This document shows positions 10,272 to 23,122 of a stretch of 64,000 nt of DNA, in pieces (positions within the stretch are counted from its first letter, which is position 1; the number at the start of each line of letters is the position of its first letter). Origin of the DNA: Callorhinchus milii. Its lineage: Eukaryota. The position numbers were made by a program, and so were the translations under genes. The DNA is taken from the NCBI RefSeq assembly GCF_018977255.1, contig NW_024704742.1, forward strand, positions 10,418,001-10,482,000. Reading direction: 5' to 3'. Under the pieces are notes generated by a model, which had not been told where the DNA came from, did not search any database, and worked only from the letters and a program-made list of their open reading frames with translations.

Positions 10272-13200
10272 AACAACAACAACTTGGATTTATATAGCGC
10301 CCACCCATGCCAGATGGCGTCTCAGAGCGCTTTACAGTAACGGATCCCGTGCCTGAGCCGGGGGAGAGGGAAGAAAGTGACCAAAGGCCCGTTCGAAAAG
10401 AAAGGTCTTCAGCTGAGACCTGAAAATGGGAAGAGAGGGAGCGAGGCGAAGGGAGTGAGGAAGGGAATTCCAGAGCCTTGGGGCGTAGTGGCTGAAGGCA
10501 CCGCTGCCGATGGTGGAGCGGAGGATTCGGGGGACAAGGAGGAGGCCAGACCTGGTGGAGCAAAGGCAACGGGCACTGTTGTGAGGAGGGAGGAGGTCAG
10601 AAAGGTCGGGGGGTGCAGAGGAGTGGAAGGATTTGAAGACAAGAGTGAAGATTTTGAAATCGATCCTCTCTGGGACAGGCAGCCAGTGCAGTCTGGCGAG
10701 GACTGGGGTAATCGGGGAGCGGAGTTTGGTTTGGGTAAATTGCGGGCGGCAGAATTCTGGATGGCCTGGATTTTATGAACGGTAGTGGAGGGGAGACCGG
10801 CGAGGAGGGCATTTGAATAGTCCAGCTGAGAGGTGACAAAGGCATGGACCAGGGTTTCGGCGGCTTTTGGGGTGAGATATTGGGGGAGACAGGCGATGCG
10901 TCGGATGTGGAAGAAAGGAGTGCTGGTGAGGGACCGGATGTGGGGGAGGAAGGATAATTGAGGGTCGAACCTGACTCCTAGGTTGCGTACGGGTTCGGAG
11001 AGCTTTAGAGGCAGGTCGGGTAGGTGGGGGAAGTGAGAACCATGCGATTTAAGACGATGACGAGAGCCAAAGAGTATGGCTTACATCTTGTCAACATTTA
11101 GCTAAAGAAAATTCGCTCTCATCCAACTCCTGATGTCTGACAGGCAGGCTGACAGAACATCAGGGGACTGCAAAGTGAGGTGGAAAAATAGGGTTGGGTG
11201 TCGTCCGCATACATGTGGAAATGTACCCCATGTCTGCGGATGACATCCCCAAGAGGAAGCATTTAGATTAAAAAGAGGAGGGGGCCAAGGATTGATCCTT
11301 GGGGTACCCCGCAGGTAACCGGGTGAGAGCAGGAGGAAAAGCCGTTTGTGGGGATGTACTGCTGGCGGTTCGTGAGGTAGGACTCGAACCAGGCAAGTGT
11401 GGTCCCACTGAGGTGGATGACGGAGGAAAGGCGGTTGAGGAGGATGGCGTGATCGACTGTTGAAAACGGCGGAGAGGTCCAGGAGCACAAGGAAGCAGAG
11501 GGAGCCCCGGTCACAGATAGAGAGGATGTCGTTTGAGACTTTCACAAGCGCAGTCTCTGTACTGTGGGCAGGACGGAAACCGGACTGGAGGCGTTCAAAG
11601 TGCGAGGAGAGGTGTGTGTGGAGTTGATTGGCAACAATGCATTCTAGGACTTTGGCAAGGAAGGGCAAGTTTGAACTAGGCGGTAGTGGCTAGGGTTTGA
11701 GGGATCTAGGGAAGGTATTTTGAGGAGGGGGTGATGACAGCAGTTTTGAGGGGGAGCAGGGACTGATCCAGAGGAGAGGGACTGGGTTGATGACATTAGC
11801 CAGTAGTGGGCAGAGGAGGGGGAGCTGGCTGACCAGCAATTGGTGGGGAGGGTGTCGATGCAGCAGGTGGTGGGTTTCATCGAAGTGATGGTGGGTGAGA
11901 GGGAGGAAGGAGAGATGGGGAGGAAGGAATGTAGGATGGGGGTAGGAGCTGATGATAGGGAGGGTTAGTGGGACGGAGAGGGGTTGGTGGTGGGTGAAAA
12001 GCGACAGGAGGTGGATATTATTTATTTTGGTTAGAAAAGTAGACCATGACCTCCTCGCACTTGGCATTTGATGTGAAGATTGAGAAGGCCTGAGGGGACG
12101 CACGCAAGAGATAGTGGGTGGTGGGGAAAAAGGACTTTAGGATTATTTTTTGCCTTCAAGATGATGTTGGAGTAGATGGCTGCTTTCGCACGTGTCAAAG
12201 AACAGCGTTAGCTGTGGAGCTGCTCGAACCACAGATGGTGGTCAACTGTCAGGGCAGTTTTCTGCTATCTGCGCTCGAGCAGCCGGGTTTGGATTTTTAG
12301 GGAGCGGAGATGTCTGTTATACCAGGGGAATCGGGTAGGTTTGGAGATGGTCCTGGATTTCAGGGGGACGAGAGAGCTGAAGGTGGAGGAGAAGCGATCA
12401 TGGAGCAGCTGGATGGCTGTTTCAGGATCTCTGCGGGTGGAAGGCCAGAGGGATAGCATATTGGACGATGTGAGGGTCTCGTGGTAGCCTTTTCCACGGG
12501 CGGTAGAGTATGATTGAGGGCTTGGTGGAGGAGAGAGGGATGTGAGAGGAGAAGAAGATGAGGAAGTGGTCCGAGATGGCCTTGTCCATTATGCTCAGGT
12601 CGGAAATGTTAAGGCCGTGGGTGATGACGAGGTAGAGGGCATGGCTACGGTTGTGGGTCAGTGAATTAATGTGAAAGGTGAGGTTTAGGGAGGAGAGGAG
12701 GGCAGTGAAGTCAGAAGATGTGGTGCAAGGTGAGTTTAGGTGGAGGTTGAAATCGCCCATTATGAGGTGTTTGAAGCAGAAGGACAGGGAAAAGAGGAGA
12801 GTAGAGATGTCAGAGAGGAAGGAGCCAGGGGGCTTAGGGGGGGACGAGAAGGATTTTCAGTGGGTGAGAGGGATGGAAGAGAGTGAGGTGCTCAAAAGAG
12901 GGGAAGCATCCAGAGGAATAGGGGGAAAGACCAAGGGAAGCTTTGGAGATGAGGGCCACCCCGCCGCCACCTTGGTTTGGACGGGGGGGTGGCGGAAGGA
13001 GTAGCCTGGAGGGGAGGCTTCAACTAGGGGGATGGGGTCATTTGGGGAGGGCCAGGTTTCTGTGAGCCCAAGAATGTTGAGGTGCTCATCCAGGATGAGG
13101 GCATGGATGGTGAGCGCTTTGTTTGTGAAGGAACGGACATTTTGAAGGGAAATGCGGGTGGGTTTGCTGGTGGGAGGAGAGGGAGGAGAGAATGATACGG

Positions 13201-13640
13201 AGAGGATTTTAGGGTGTACAGAAGAGATGGCTGTGGAGTATGGGGGGAGTGGAGAGTTGGGGAGGGTACGTATGAGGGAGGGGGAAGTTGTGTTTGCCTT
13301 AAGGAGGCGGTTTGAGTGGAGCGAGTGAATGATTGGGCACTTGGGCTTGCTGCTCTGGGACAGCCAGTGCCGGGAGCCACGATGGGCCAGCGGAGGATGC
13401 CCAGGCTGGAGCAGAGGGAAGTGGTGATGGGGTCCAGGAGAGAGAGAAGGCGGGGGGGTCAGTGGGAGAGAAGGACAGAGTGGGAGTAGCGGATAGAGGG
13501 AGGAGAGACATTTAGAGTGGAAGGGGAGGCTTGGGTCGGGGCGGCAGCCAAAACACGTACACAGAGTCAGGGAGCGAGCAAGCGATCAGCGGGATGGCAT
13601 CAGCCCACAGGCTAAGTGATCATGGCTGAGATGTCAGTGA
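10272..13640 (-). mobile_element. Apparently full-length (about 3.37 kb), decayed single-ORF L2 LINE (APE endonuclease + RT)
   Basis: Minus-strand reading gives ISLQNVRSFTNK...LGLTETW (about 13050-13150), MGDFNLH...SDHFLI (APE), [30 protein letters not shown] and YADD (RT), a (GTT)n tail at 10268-10283, and flanking CATAAC at 10266-10271 and 13641-13646. Several frameshifts. Confidence 0.9.
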
Positions 13641-14000
13641 CATAACCTTCTGTTCCTTTCTCCCTCATGTACCTATCTAGCTTCCCCTTAAATACATCTA
13701 TACTATTTGCCTCAACCACTCCTTGTGGTAGCAGGTTCCACATTCCCACTACTCTCTGTATGAAGAAATGTCTTCTAACTTCCCTATTTGATCTATTTGT
13801 GACTATTTTATATTGATGGCCCCTGGGTTTGGTCTTCCCCACAAGTGGAAACACCTTCCCTATGTCTATCCTATCAAAACCTTTCATAATTTTAATGACC
13901 TCTATCAGGTCACCTCTTACCCTCTTTTCAAGAGAAGAGAGTCCAAGTATGTTCAGCCTTTCCTGGTAGGTATAACCTTTCAGTTCTGAGCTCATCCTTG
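13641..14000 (-). mobile_element. CR1 LINE ORF2 C-terminal fragment
   Basis: ORF reads YQERLNILGLSSLEKRVRGDLIEVIKIMKG...FFIQRVVGMWNLLP...FKGKLD. Confidence 0.9.
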
Positions 14001-14187
14001 TAACACAGTCGTATTATGTTTAGAAATGTTCATATTGCTCATAATTTTAAAATTGGCCACCAGTTGCTTTGTATTTTTAAGCTTTTTACCCTCTATGATG
14101 ATTCCATCTCTAAACTTTTCTTGGGTCTAATAATCTCACACTTAATTCCTTTCATGCAAATTTCAGTTGAAATGTGTTTTTGTTTAG

Positions 14188-14353
14188 CCTATTTGGAGAT
14201 TTGTCACACTGACTGGCGTGAACACAGTTTTATACAGTCAACGTTGAACGGATCAAAACTTGACAGCAGCTACAGCTTGAATTCTTTCTGGAAGTTTGGC
14301 GATGTGAAGCTCATCCACAATGAAAAACTTGAACAACAATTTGCAGAGAAGAG
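14188..14353 (+). CDS. TEX15: TEX15 internal coding exon (start of the DUF3715/TASOR-like domain)
   Basis: tgtttag acceptor and AG|gtgggt donor; encodes AYLEICHTDWREHSFIQSTLNGSKLD...WKFGDVKLIHNEKLEQQFAEKR, matching my recollection of the mammalian TEX15 N-terminus (WQFGDTKLVHN); phase 1 in, phase 2 out. Confidence 0.85.
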
Positions 14354-14494
14354 GTGGGTGCAGGAGGGCTGTAGGTATTTAGTTAGAATAGAGTAGGGCA
14401 GAGTTTGCGCGTGAAAAGCTCAATAACTGCCATTAGATGGCCGACAAAAACCCTCTCCAGGTAAGTGGGATCACTTTGCTCTGAGAGCCAGGGC

Positions 14495-14818
14495 CTTATT
14501 CTATTTCCTCTGGTGGAGGAATCCAGAACATGGGGCATAATCCTAAAATTAGATCTAGGCCATTTAGGAGTGAAATCAGGAGGTAGTTTTTCAACCAAAG
14601 GATAGTGGAAATCTGGTACTCTCTCCCCCAACAAGCAGTGGATGCTGGATCCATTCACATCTTCAAGACGGAGATGGATACTATTTGTTAGGTCAGGATA
14701 TTAAGGCATATGGGGTAATTGGACTTGTGCAGATCAGCCATGATCTCATAGAATGGCGAACAGGCTCGAGGGGCCTACTCCTGTTTCTGTTCTATGCTCT
14801 AAATTTCTATGATTCTAC
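14495..14818 (+). mobile_element. CR1 LINE 3' end
   Basis: ggggcataatcctaaaattaga...tctggtactctctcccc...gaatggcgaacaggctcgagggg...ttctatgattcta tail. Confidence 0.8.
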
Positions 14819-15254
14819 ATTTCAAAGCATTTGACTCACCAATTTCTCTCATTGTGCCTTGCCTCTTGTTAGCACTTTTCCAATGGCAAACCTCAGGTTT
14901 GAGGAAACCCATTATAAGTCACACGCTTCCACTCAACAAACTTACATCAGATCCAATGTAAAAAAAACACTTTTTGAATTATTTTTAATTCCAACCAGTT
15001 TTAAGTAAATAAACAAATTCAGATTATAGCCAAAAATCTGGATAGTGTGGCTGGCTATTGCAAGAGCTCAATGCATTTTCTTGATTTGTTTCACAGACGT
15101 TTCATATACGTTTTGCTGCTTTCACAAAAACTGTCTTATTTGGTGTGCTGAGCTTTTACATAGTGATGCAAGAAATCTAATTTTGTTTAGGATGCAGCAT
15201 GGCAATGCAGTTCCACATTGAATAATCTGCTGACACTCAATATGTGTGGCAGCC

Positions 15255-15395
15255 TGGCACAGTGGTAACACTCTCATCTCTGAGTCAGAAGGTTATGGGT
15301 TCAAGCCCTATGTCAGAACTTGGAACTTATATCATCTAAGCTGATACTTGAACACAGTCTGGAGGTGCCAACCATCAGATGAGATGTTAAACCGA
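15255..15395 (+). mobile_element. Older Deu/SacSINE-like SINE, 5' part
   Basis: cagtggtaacactctcatctctgagtcagaaggttatgggttcaagccc (A/B boxes) ... gatgagatgttaaaccgag. Confidence 0.7.
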
Positions 15396-16420
15396 GTGTG
15401 GTGCCCAAAACTGAACACAGTCTCTCGCTGAGGCCTAACCAGTGTTTTATAAAGGTTCATCATAACTTCCTGCCTTTTGGATTATATGCCCCTATTTATA
15501 AAGCCTAGTATCCTGTGTGCTTTTTAACAGCTTTATGTACCTGTCCTGCCACCTTCAAAGATTTGCTTATATGACCCCCAGGTCTCTCTGTTCCTTCACT
15601 CCCTTTATGATTGTACCATCAGCTGATATTGTCTCTCCTCATTCTTTCTCTCAAAATGCATCACTTTGCATTTATCCACATTAAACTTCATCTGCCACAT
15701 GTCTGCCCATTTTACCAGTCTGTCTATATCCATTTGCAGTCTGCTACTATCCTCCTCACTGTTTACTACTTTTCCTATCTTAGTGTCATCTGCAAACTTG
15801 GAAACTGTATTCCCTATACCCAAGTCCATGTTATTTATATAGATCAAAAACAGCAGTGGTCCCAATACTGACCTCTGGGGGACACCACCTCTCACTTCCC
15901 TCCAGTCAGAAAAACAACCGTTCACCACCACTCTCAGCCTTCTGTCTCCCAACCAGTTCTGTATCTGCTGCCACTGTCACTTTAAAATCATGGGCTTCTA
16001 TTTTGCTTACAAGTCTCTTATGTGGCACTTTATCAAACGCCTTTTGAAAATCCATATAAACTGTATCAACTGCACTACCTTCATCCACCCTCTCTGTTAC
16101 TTCAGATTTGTTAGACATGATTTGCCTTTAACAAATCCGTGTTGGCTGTCCCTTATTAACCCATATTTTTCTAAGCAAAAATTTATTTTGTCCTGGATTA
16201 TAGTCTTTAGAAATTTCCCCACTACTGACGTTAGGCTGACTGGCGTGTAGTCACGGGTTTATTCTTGCTCCTTTTTGTACAAGGGAGTAACATTTGCAAT
16301 CCTCCAGTCCTCTGGTACCACCCCGGTGTCCAAGGAGGATTGAAAGATTGTGGCCAGAAGCTCCGTTATTTCCACCCTTTCTTCCCTCGGTAACCTAGGA
16401 TGCATCACGGCCAGACCTTG
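15396..16420 (-). mobile_element. CR1 LINE RT fragment
   Basis: ORFs with [44 protein letters not shown] and WQMKFNVDKCKVMH. Confidence 0.92.
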
Positions 16421-16849
16421 AGCACCTTGGATGTTTGTGGTACATTTCTGTAGGCAAACTGACTGCTACTTTCATTCACAAAAAAAAAGTCACTCCAGCT
16501 TTACAGTATATTCTATAATGCGCTTTGGGACATCCTCCTCATGTGAAAGGCTCTGAATCAAACTGAAGGATTATTATTGTGTTATCTTGAACCACATATG
16601 AAGAATGGGGCGTGTGAGTGAGGTGTCAGAAAGCTGCCATCAACCATGTAATTGTACTCTACATAGGCCAGTTGCTTTATGCTTTGTGGTATAGACACAA
16701 TGGGCTGAATGGACATAAAATGGTCTGTTTCTATGTGAGGAAAGCAGAGTTAAATGGAATAGGGAACCAGGGAAAAATGTTTAATCTCATAATGCTGCAA
16801 GTTACGCGTTGTATTTTGATGCAATTTATTGTGTTGGCTTTAATACTAG

Positions 16850-17087
16850 GTCGAAGATGCGAGAAGATGGGAGACGTGCAAAAGAACTCGAAGAGCACAT
16901 ATTCTTTTTGGTGACATCCCGAGGCACAGCTTTAAACGTGTATCAAGAAGGACTGAAAGTCAGTTCTTCCATTATGAAGGCACTGGGAGATCCAGCTCAT
17001 GGTGTTTACCTGTATCGGCATATTGATGTCCTTCTGAAGTACCATCGACTCAAGAACCAGATTGCAGAAACCATTCTGTTTTTTAAA
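16850..17087 (+). CDS. TEX15: TEX15 coding exon (DUF3715/TASOR-like domain)
   Basis: tactag acceptor and AAA|gtaagg donor; SKMREDGRRAKELEEHIFFL...KALGDPAHGVYLYRHIDV...ILFFK; phase matches both neighbouring exons. Confidence 0.9.
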
Positions 17088-17454
17088 GTAAGGATCATAT
17101 AGCTTCTTTTGTTACATTTACAACATGGCATAATAACATGAGGTACTGAGCCAGAAATACAAAAGAGACCGAGGGTTTGCTATCTATTTTTTATTTGCAG
17201 GTGTTAAATTCAGATTATTTGGGAAAACTGGCTCTAGATTGCTCACTTGTCTCATAGAGTTAATGAACTGAGCACGGTTGCTGAAATCTATGGCGATGTC
17301 CAAATGAGGAGACATCAGGATTCACAATCTGGAGAATCTCATAAATTAAACAGCTTCCAATATTAAGAAACTAGAAGCCAGAAATTACAGTTAGCACAAC
17401 AGATCCATTTTGTGAATATTGTTAATTAGACTACAATCCTTAGCCACATAGATA

Positions 17455-17800
17455 CAAACACAATACAAAATTACATTTGTATAGCGCCTTTCATGTTGTG
17501 GGGGACGTCCCAAGGCACTGGTCAGTCAGGGACCTGACCTCAGCAAGGCGTTGGGATCGGGGAGGGTGGAGGGCAGAGAGTGGCCAAAGGCACAGTTGAA
17601 GAGGAGGGTCTTGAGACGCAGCTTGAAGAGGCAAGTGAGGGAATGAGGCAAAGGGAATGTGGAATGGAGTTCCAGAGGATGGAGCCAGAAAGGCTGAAAG
17701 TTTGACCGTCGCTGGTGTGGCTGGCCGGGCAGGGGGCATGGAGCAGGTCAGAGGCTGGTGAGCAGAGGGAACGGACAGGTTGATATGGGGTACCATACAT
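17455..17800 (-). mobile_element. L2 LINE 3' end
   Basis: Reverse tail atttgtatagcgcctttcatgttgtgggggacgtcccaaggcac and an LWNSIP motif. Confidence 0.75.
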
Positions 17801-18678
17801 TAAAATCTATGAAAAGGTATGAGCTCCCTTTAACACAATTTTGATTCGATAAAGGCATGACTTTTGAAGCTTGTAGCAGTTGTATATGGGTGCCAGATTC
17901 CTGCGGTGTGTATTTGAGTCATGGCTCCAGAATTAGTTTACCTGTTGATAAAAGAAACATTAAAGACGTGATCTGCAGACCTCTGTTCCTTTTTAAACAA
18001 ACAATCTCCAGCATTCCCTGCCAAATAAAACCTGTTACAAGATATAATAAGATTTATACGCAGCAATGTTTAAAGGGTTTGAGTTACTGATGGCAGAATC
18101 TGTGCTTTAATACTATTGAGATATGGCCAAAGTTTGACCTTCGATATCTATCTGTCCACATCCAAAAAAAACAAATTCAGTTTTAACAAATAATTGCCGA
18201 TATGTTGCAAGATTCAAACGTCCACATTCTCGATTTTGACAATATTTATCTACCTGTGGTCTCATTGGTACAGTTCAACATCATAAAAAAGAAAAGGAGG
18301 CTTTATTTGGCACTAAAGCAAAATAAGTCATACCACGCTCCAGTGTAGTGCTGCATTGTTACCATTGCCATCCTTTGGATGAAATATTAACCCAATCTGT
18401 CTCTTTACGTGGTTCAAGTTGATGTTGAAAAGAAGCACTGTTTTGAAGAGGAACCGTGCAAGTCTGCTCTCCCTCTGAGTTGACAGGTGGCGTATGGAAT
18501 TTGAGAAGGAACGTGTGTGTTTTGGCAAGTGGGGAAGTGTGAGAGATGTGAAATTCCACAATAATAATCTACTTTTCATTAAAATGTCTCAAAAAAAGTG
18601 CATCGCACAATGAGGTACTTTGAGGCACGGTGATTGTTGTAAATAAGTGACTTTCCTAATGATCTCTCACCGTTCTAG

Positions 18679-18828
18679 GTGTTGTTGGGAAAAGTGAAGG
18701 CAATTCCGCCATGTATTGTGAAAAGCCCCAATGCTGTTGTGGATCCGACAGCAAAATTTGACTGTCACACATCCCAAAATCCAGCTGACCTCAAGGAACC
18801 AATTGATATTCAGATCGTCAATTCAGCC
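18679..18828 (+). CDS. TEX15: TEX15 coding exon, 150 nt (absent from the ORF track)
   Basis: gttctag acceptor and GCC|gtgagt donor; VLLGKVKAIPPCIVKSPNAVVDPTAKFDCHTSQNPADLKEPIDIQIVNSA carries the DPxxxFDCH motif of TEX15/TASOR; phase 0/0. Confidence 0.88.
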
Positions 18829-19049
18829 GTGAGTTTTGAATTTAAAACCTTTGGATAACTAACATATTAATAAACAATATAGGCCTTTTCCTTTTTTTCC
18901 TCAGTTGAAAGTGTAACAATCTAATCTCAGCCCTACATATTTTACATGTAGTTCATACAAATATAATTTAGTCTTACATTGGATGCCATAATCATCAGAC
19001 ATTTCTAGTTTTAACTTGATTAGCTGGAGATAAGTTAGCAAATATTATC

Positions 19050-19460
19050 AACAACAAAATCAAACATTTACACCTTATGTAGCAGGTTTCACATCAGTGA
19101 GGATGTCTCAAAGTGCTTTACAAAAATGGATTGGGAGCCTGAGCTGGGAAAGAGCTTAGGGGAATGGTGAGGTGGCTGAAATACAGTTGAAGAGATGGGT
19201 CTTCAGGTGGGATTTTAGAGTAGAGAGAGAGAAGCGAGGCAGAGCGAATTCAGCAAAGAATTCTAGTCAAAGGGGAAAAACTGATGAGATGGGATGGGGG
19301 GAAGGCATGAAACAAAAGCAGAAGGAGTGAACTGGTTGTAAGAGGTTGCGAAAATAAAGTGTGCAAGCCCGTAGAGGCAGTTGAAGGTAAGGACGAGGAT
19401 CTTGAAATTGATCCAGTGCAGAAGAGGGAGCCAGTCAGAGTGAACAAGGAAGGTATTTGC
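19050..19460 (-). mobile_element. Degenerate L2 3' fragment
   Basis: caacaacaaa tail and gaaggtaaggacgaggatcttgaa, as in other minus-strand L2 copies. Confidence 0.55.
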
Positions 19461-20024
19461 ACATTGATGAGTCTTACTGATATGTGCAATGCTTTTAGTC
19501 TGTTCATGTTCTTATGAATGATATTCATCGGAAAATGAAAATGATTTGCAAGTACAAAGGTTTATTTATCTTGTCCAAAATACCTGTAGGACTAGTGCAG
19601 ATAAATTTATTTTGTAGATGTCAATGGCTTTTTATTGTTATATGACATTTCCTGAACCATATTATTAACAGCCAATGATGCCCCTGTCATTCCTGGGAAA
19701 ATCGCATGTGCAGTAAGTGCGGGATCAGTGGTGATTTTTGTGCTATGTACCATTGCTCCTTTTTACATTGTGACGCTTCATCGCGAAAAAAAACTTTCTT
19801 GAGAGTTTGACAAAGCTTTTATGATGTCATCACGACAGGAACTTTAAGCCTAATGCCCTTACCACGTGCCCCTTTCAGGTTCTGTGTTGAGAAATGAGAG
19901 TACCCCTTGTCGTGGAATTGTAAGGGACTGGAAAACAAGATTGAGACTCTCTGGCTGGTCTCATTTTAATAAGGAAAACTTGTATCACTCATATGAAATC
20001 TTTGCCAAACAGCGACCTAATTCT

Positions 20025-20140
20025 AATAATAATAATCCTTGCATTTGATATAGCGACTTATCATGTCTTCGAGAAGTCTCAAAGCGCTTCACAGAATATA
20101 CTGTAAAGTGAATTGACTATATTTTGTGGGCGAAATGCAA
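20025..20140 (-). mobile_element. SINE 3' tail fragment
   Basis: aataataatccttgcatttgatatagcg...aagcgcttcacagaatatactgtaaagtgaattgac. Confidence 0.85.
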
Positions 20141-20747
20141 AATTCTCTCCTGCATTTGCTGACAATCTGTCTCCACCACTTCATTGGGCTGTCCATTCCA
20201 AATATCTACCGCTCTATAAAATAATTAAATCTACAAATGTACGTACACATTGCTCAACTGAGGTCAAATGAGTACCCTGTAAAAGTTCAGTGCCATTTCT
20301 TGTTCCATCAGCTGTACACCCTGAGATCCGGAGATCCCACATTTCACCTAGTCTTAGCATTTTGAGACCATTTGTCTTACAGTATAAGATTACAGTATTC
20401 TATAAATTTCTTAAATTCAGTGTTTCTCCTGCTATTTTTCTGCAGTTCTTAAAAAAAGAAACCGGCTTCCAAATTAAGACTGAATTTAAGAACTTTCCAT
20501 AATTTTATGCCATCTTAAATGTTAAAACGAAATGGTCTTACAGGACAACACTGGGTGACATTTCAGGCCTCTATTGACTTTCTTTACCCATGTTGCACAA
20601 CTTTCTGTACCCATATTCTGCAGATGGTTTTAGTGATCCATCCACTAACGCCCACATATGCTTAGAAAATTCCCTTTTATGGAATGGAATGCGCTTTTGC
20701 TTCCCCCGAAGGACACTCCCTCTTTACCTCGTCCTGAAGCATTTTAG

Positions 20748-21150
20748 GCACAGGTTAGCTATTGCCAAGGCTTGGAAACAACAACAGCAGGGACTTGAAT
20801 ACAAGGGTGAGGATCTTGAAATCTTGAAACTCCAAATTGTATGTATTAGGGTACTACTGGAGTTTAACCAACTTAAACCTTGTAGCTTACCATTGCAAAC
20901 ACTGTCTAGTAAATGTGCTATTGCTTGTCCATCCAGGATCCATTAGGGCTTTGGCTTGCAGGAGCTGAGTGATAAGAATCCCTGCCCCTGGTGATTGGGC
21001 TGCTAGTTCAGTTCCTGGTTCAGTCCCAGATGAGCTGGCCGGTTTCTCATCGATAGCGCCTTGGAGTACACCAGAACTGCCTGGCTCAGGAACTCGACTA
21101 CCAAGCCTGCCACAGACTGACAGTGCTATTCCAGTATGATTGCCAGCCCT
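20748..21150 (+). mobile_element. MITE-like interspersed repeat copy (family X)
   Basis: Shares gccaaggcttgg...tactggagtttaaccaacttaaacc...ttagggctttggcttgcag...cctggctcaggaac...ttgccagccc with the copies at 22795, 56930 and 60814. Confidence 0.65.
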
Positions 21151-21779
21151 CTGTATTTGGTCAAGCTGTTCCTGGTTATTTGCAGCTGCCTGAGATAGCT
21201 TAGGAAACTAAGATAGCTTGATTTTCTATGAGCAGTTCTAAATTATGTATGTGTAAATCGAATAACTGAGCCCTGACTTAATAATCCTTGTATCTGCATT
21301 AATTGCTGCTTCCTTTCAATATAACTCCATGTACGCCCCCATTACTTTCTATAAATGAGCCAATTCCTGATTCCTTTCATAAGCTATCCTCTCCTCCCTA
21401 TTCCACATTTCCATACCATTAATATTTGTGTGGCATTGTGCCAAAGGCTTTGCAAAAACTTATCCATATAATGCCATTGAGTTTCATTTGTTTATAAGTT
21501 CTGCTATTTCTCCAAAGAGTGCAAAACGAATTGTTCAACTGTCTTTTCATATAGGATCTGAGTTACTTTCAAAGGGACAATTATGGTGTTTATTTGGAAT
21601 AGTGTTGTAAAGTGTTGTTTTTAAAGTGGAAGGATTATCCTATGATGATAATATCAATACAAAGTGTTTCAACTCTTATATATTTAGCATCAGAGGACTC
21701 ATATTATCTGACTGAACCGAGCAAAACATTTGCCTCCTGAAAACCATTATGCATTTTGGAGAAATAAACAAACAAGAGG

Positions 21780-22195
21780 TTTATGTAATATAATAATCCT
21801 TATATTTGATATTGCAATCTCTCACATGAGGAAGACATCTCAACGTGCTTCACAATATTTTATTGTAAATTGTAGTGATGCTATTTTTGTAGGGAAATGT
21901 GGCAGCCAATTTGTGCATGCCCTGAAGTGAATGATGAAATTATTTGGGGGAATGTTGGTCAGAACACTGGGAGAAACTCTTCTGATTTCAAATCGTGAAA
22001 ATTTGAAATCTTGACAAGCAGGATGTCAGTTTAATGTCTCATCTGGAGGATGACATTTCTAACAATGCAGCACACCCACAGCACTGAGTTGGAGTGTCAT
22101 CTTAGACAGTATGCGTTCAAAATCCAGATGTTGGGGCTTAAATCCATAACCCTCTAACTAAGAGGCAACAGAGCTGCCAAATGAGCCAGATTGAC
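21780..22195 (-). mobile_element. Older Deu/SacSINE-like SINE, near full length
   Basis: Tail (ATT)n, Deu core ggcagccaatttgtgca, cactgggagaaact, gtttaatgtctcatc, and a tRNA-like head ending tgagcca. Confidence 0.7.
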
Positions 22196-22794
22196 AGATG
22201 TATATCTTCTCAAACTTGGTAGAATTTGTGGAGCAGACCAGTGAGATGCTATGTTGCCACAACAAGATACTAAATATTTTCTATCAGAGGTCACAAATGA
22301 ACATAGCTCAACTGGGAATTCTTTGTGTGGATAACAATGCTATAGCTACCAGGGTCACTTTATAATGAGCTCATTGAGATATTTTGGATGTAAAGCATGC
22401 ACACAATGATAACTTGTAGTTTGCTCAGCAATACTATTCTGATCCCTTTTCTAATAGATGATCTCTCCTGGTAAAACAATACTGTAATTCTGTTATCTAT
22501 TAGTTTATGAATATTCAAACATTACACTTAGCACTGCCTCATTACCATTCTCTTTGTTCATAACGAGCTGAAGTATCCTATCCTCAACCACTAAACTGAT
22601 TTTTTTTGGTCTGCTAAATACAGAAACCCATCTCCATGCTTGAGAGCATCTAAAGAGTTTCACATATATATGGAAATACACATATATATATATATATATG
22701 GCACCTACATATGGAAATTTTCCTGTGTTTGGAATGAAATATGGTCTCTCTGGAGAGACATATCCTGCTTACCTAAATCTGGACAGTACTAGGT

Positions 22795-23122
22795 GCAAGT
22801 TGGCAAGAGCCAAGGCTTGGGGACCCCAGAGTGTGCGTTGGGGTATACTGCTGGAATTGTACCAGCTAAAACCGCATAACTTGCTATTGATATCACAAAT
22901 CTTGTCATTATTTATCCAGCTAGGACCATCCTACACATTAGGGTGTTGACTTGCAGGTTAACAGGAGCTGAGTAAGAAGGATCTCTGCCCCAAACTTCTC
23001 ATCCAAGTTCTGCCGATGATTCAGGCTGTCATCAGCAGTGCCCCGGGTTACTGCAACCCACCTGGCTCAAGAACTGCCACAGAATTGACTCAATTCTAAC
23101 ATTCCAAGTACGCCAACCCTGG
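22795..23122 (+). mobile_element. MITE-like interspersed repeat copy (family X)
   Basis: Starts agttggcaagagccaaggcttggggaccccagag and ends cgccaaccctgg; the ends are inverted relative to each other. Confidence 0.7.
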
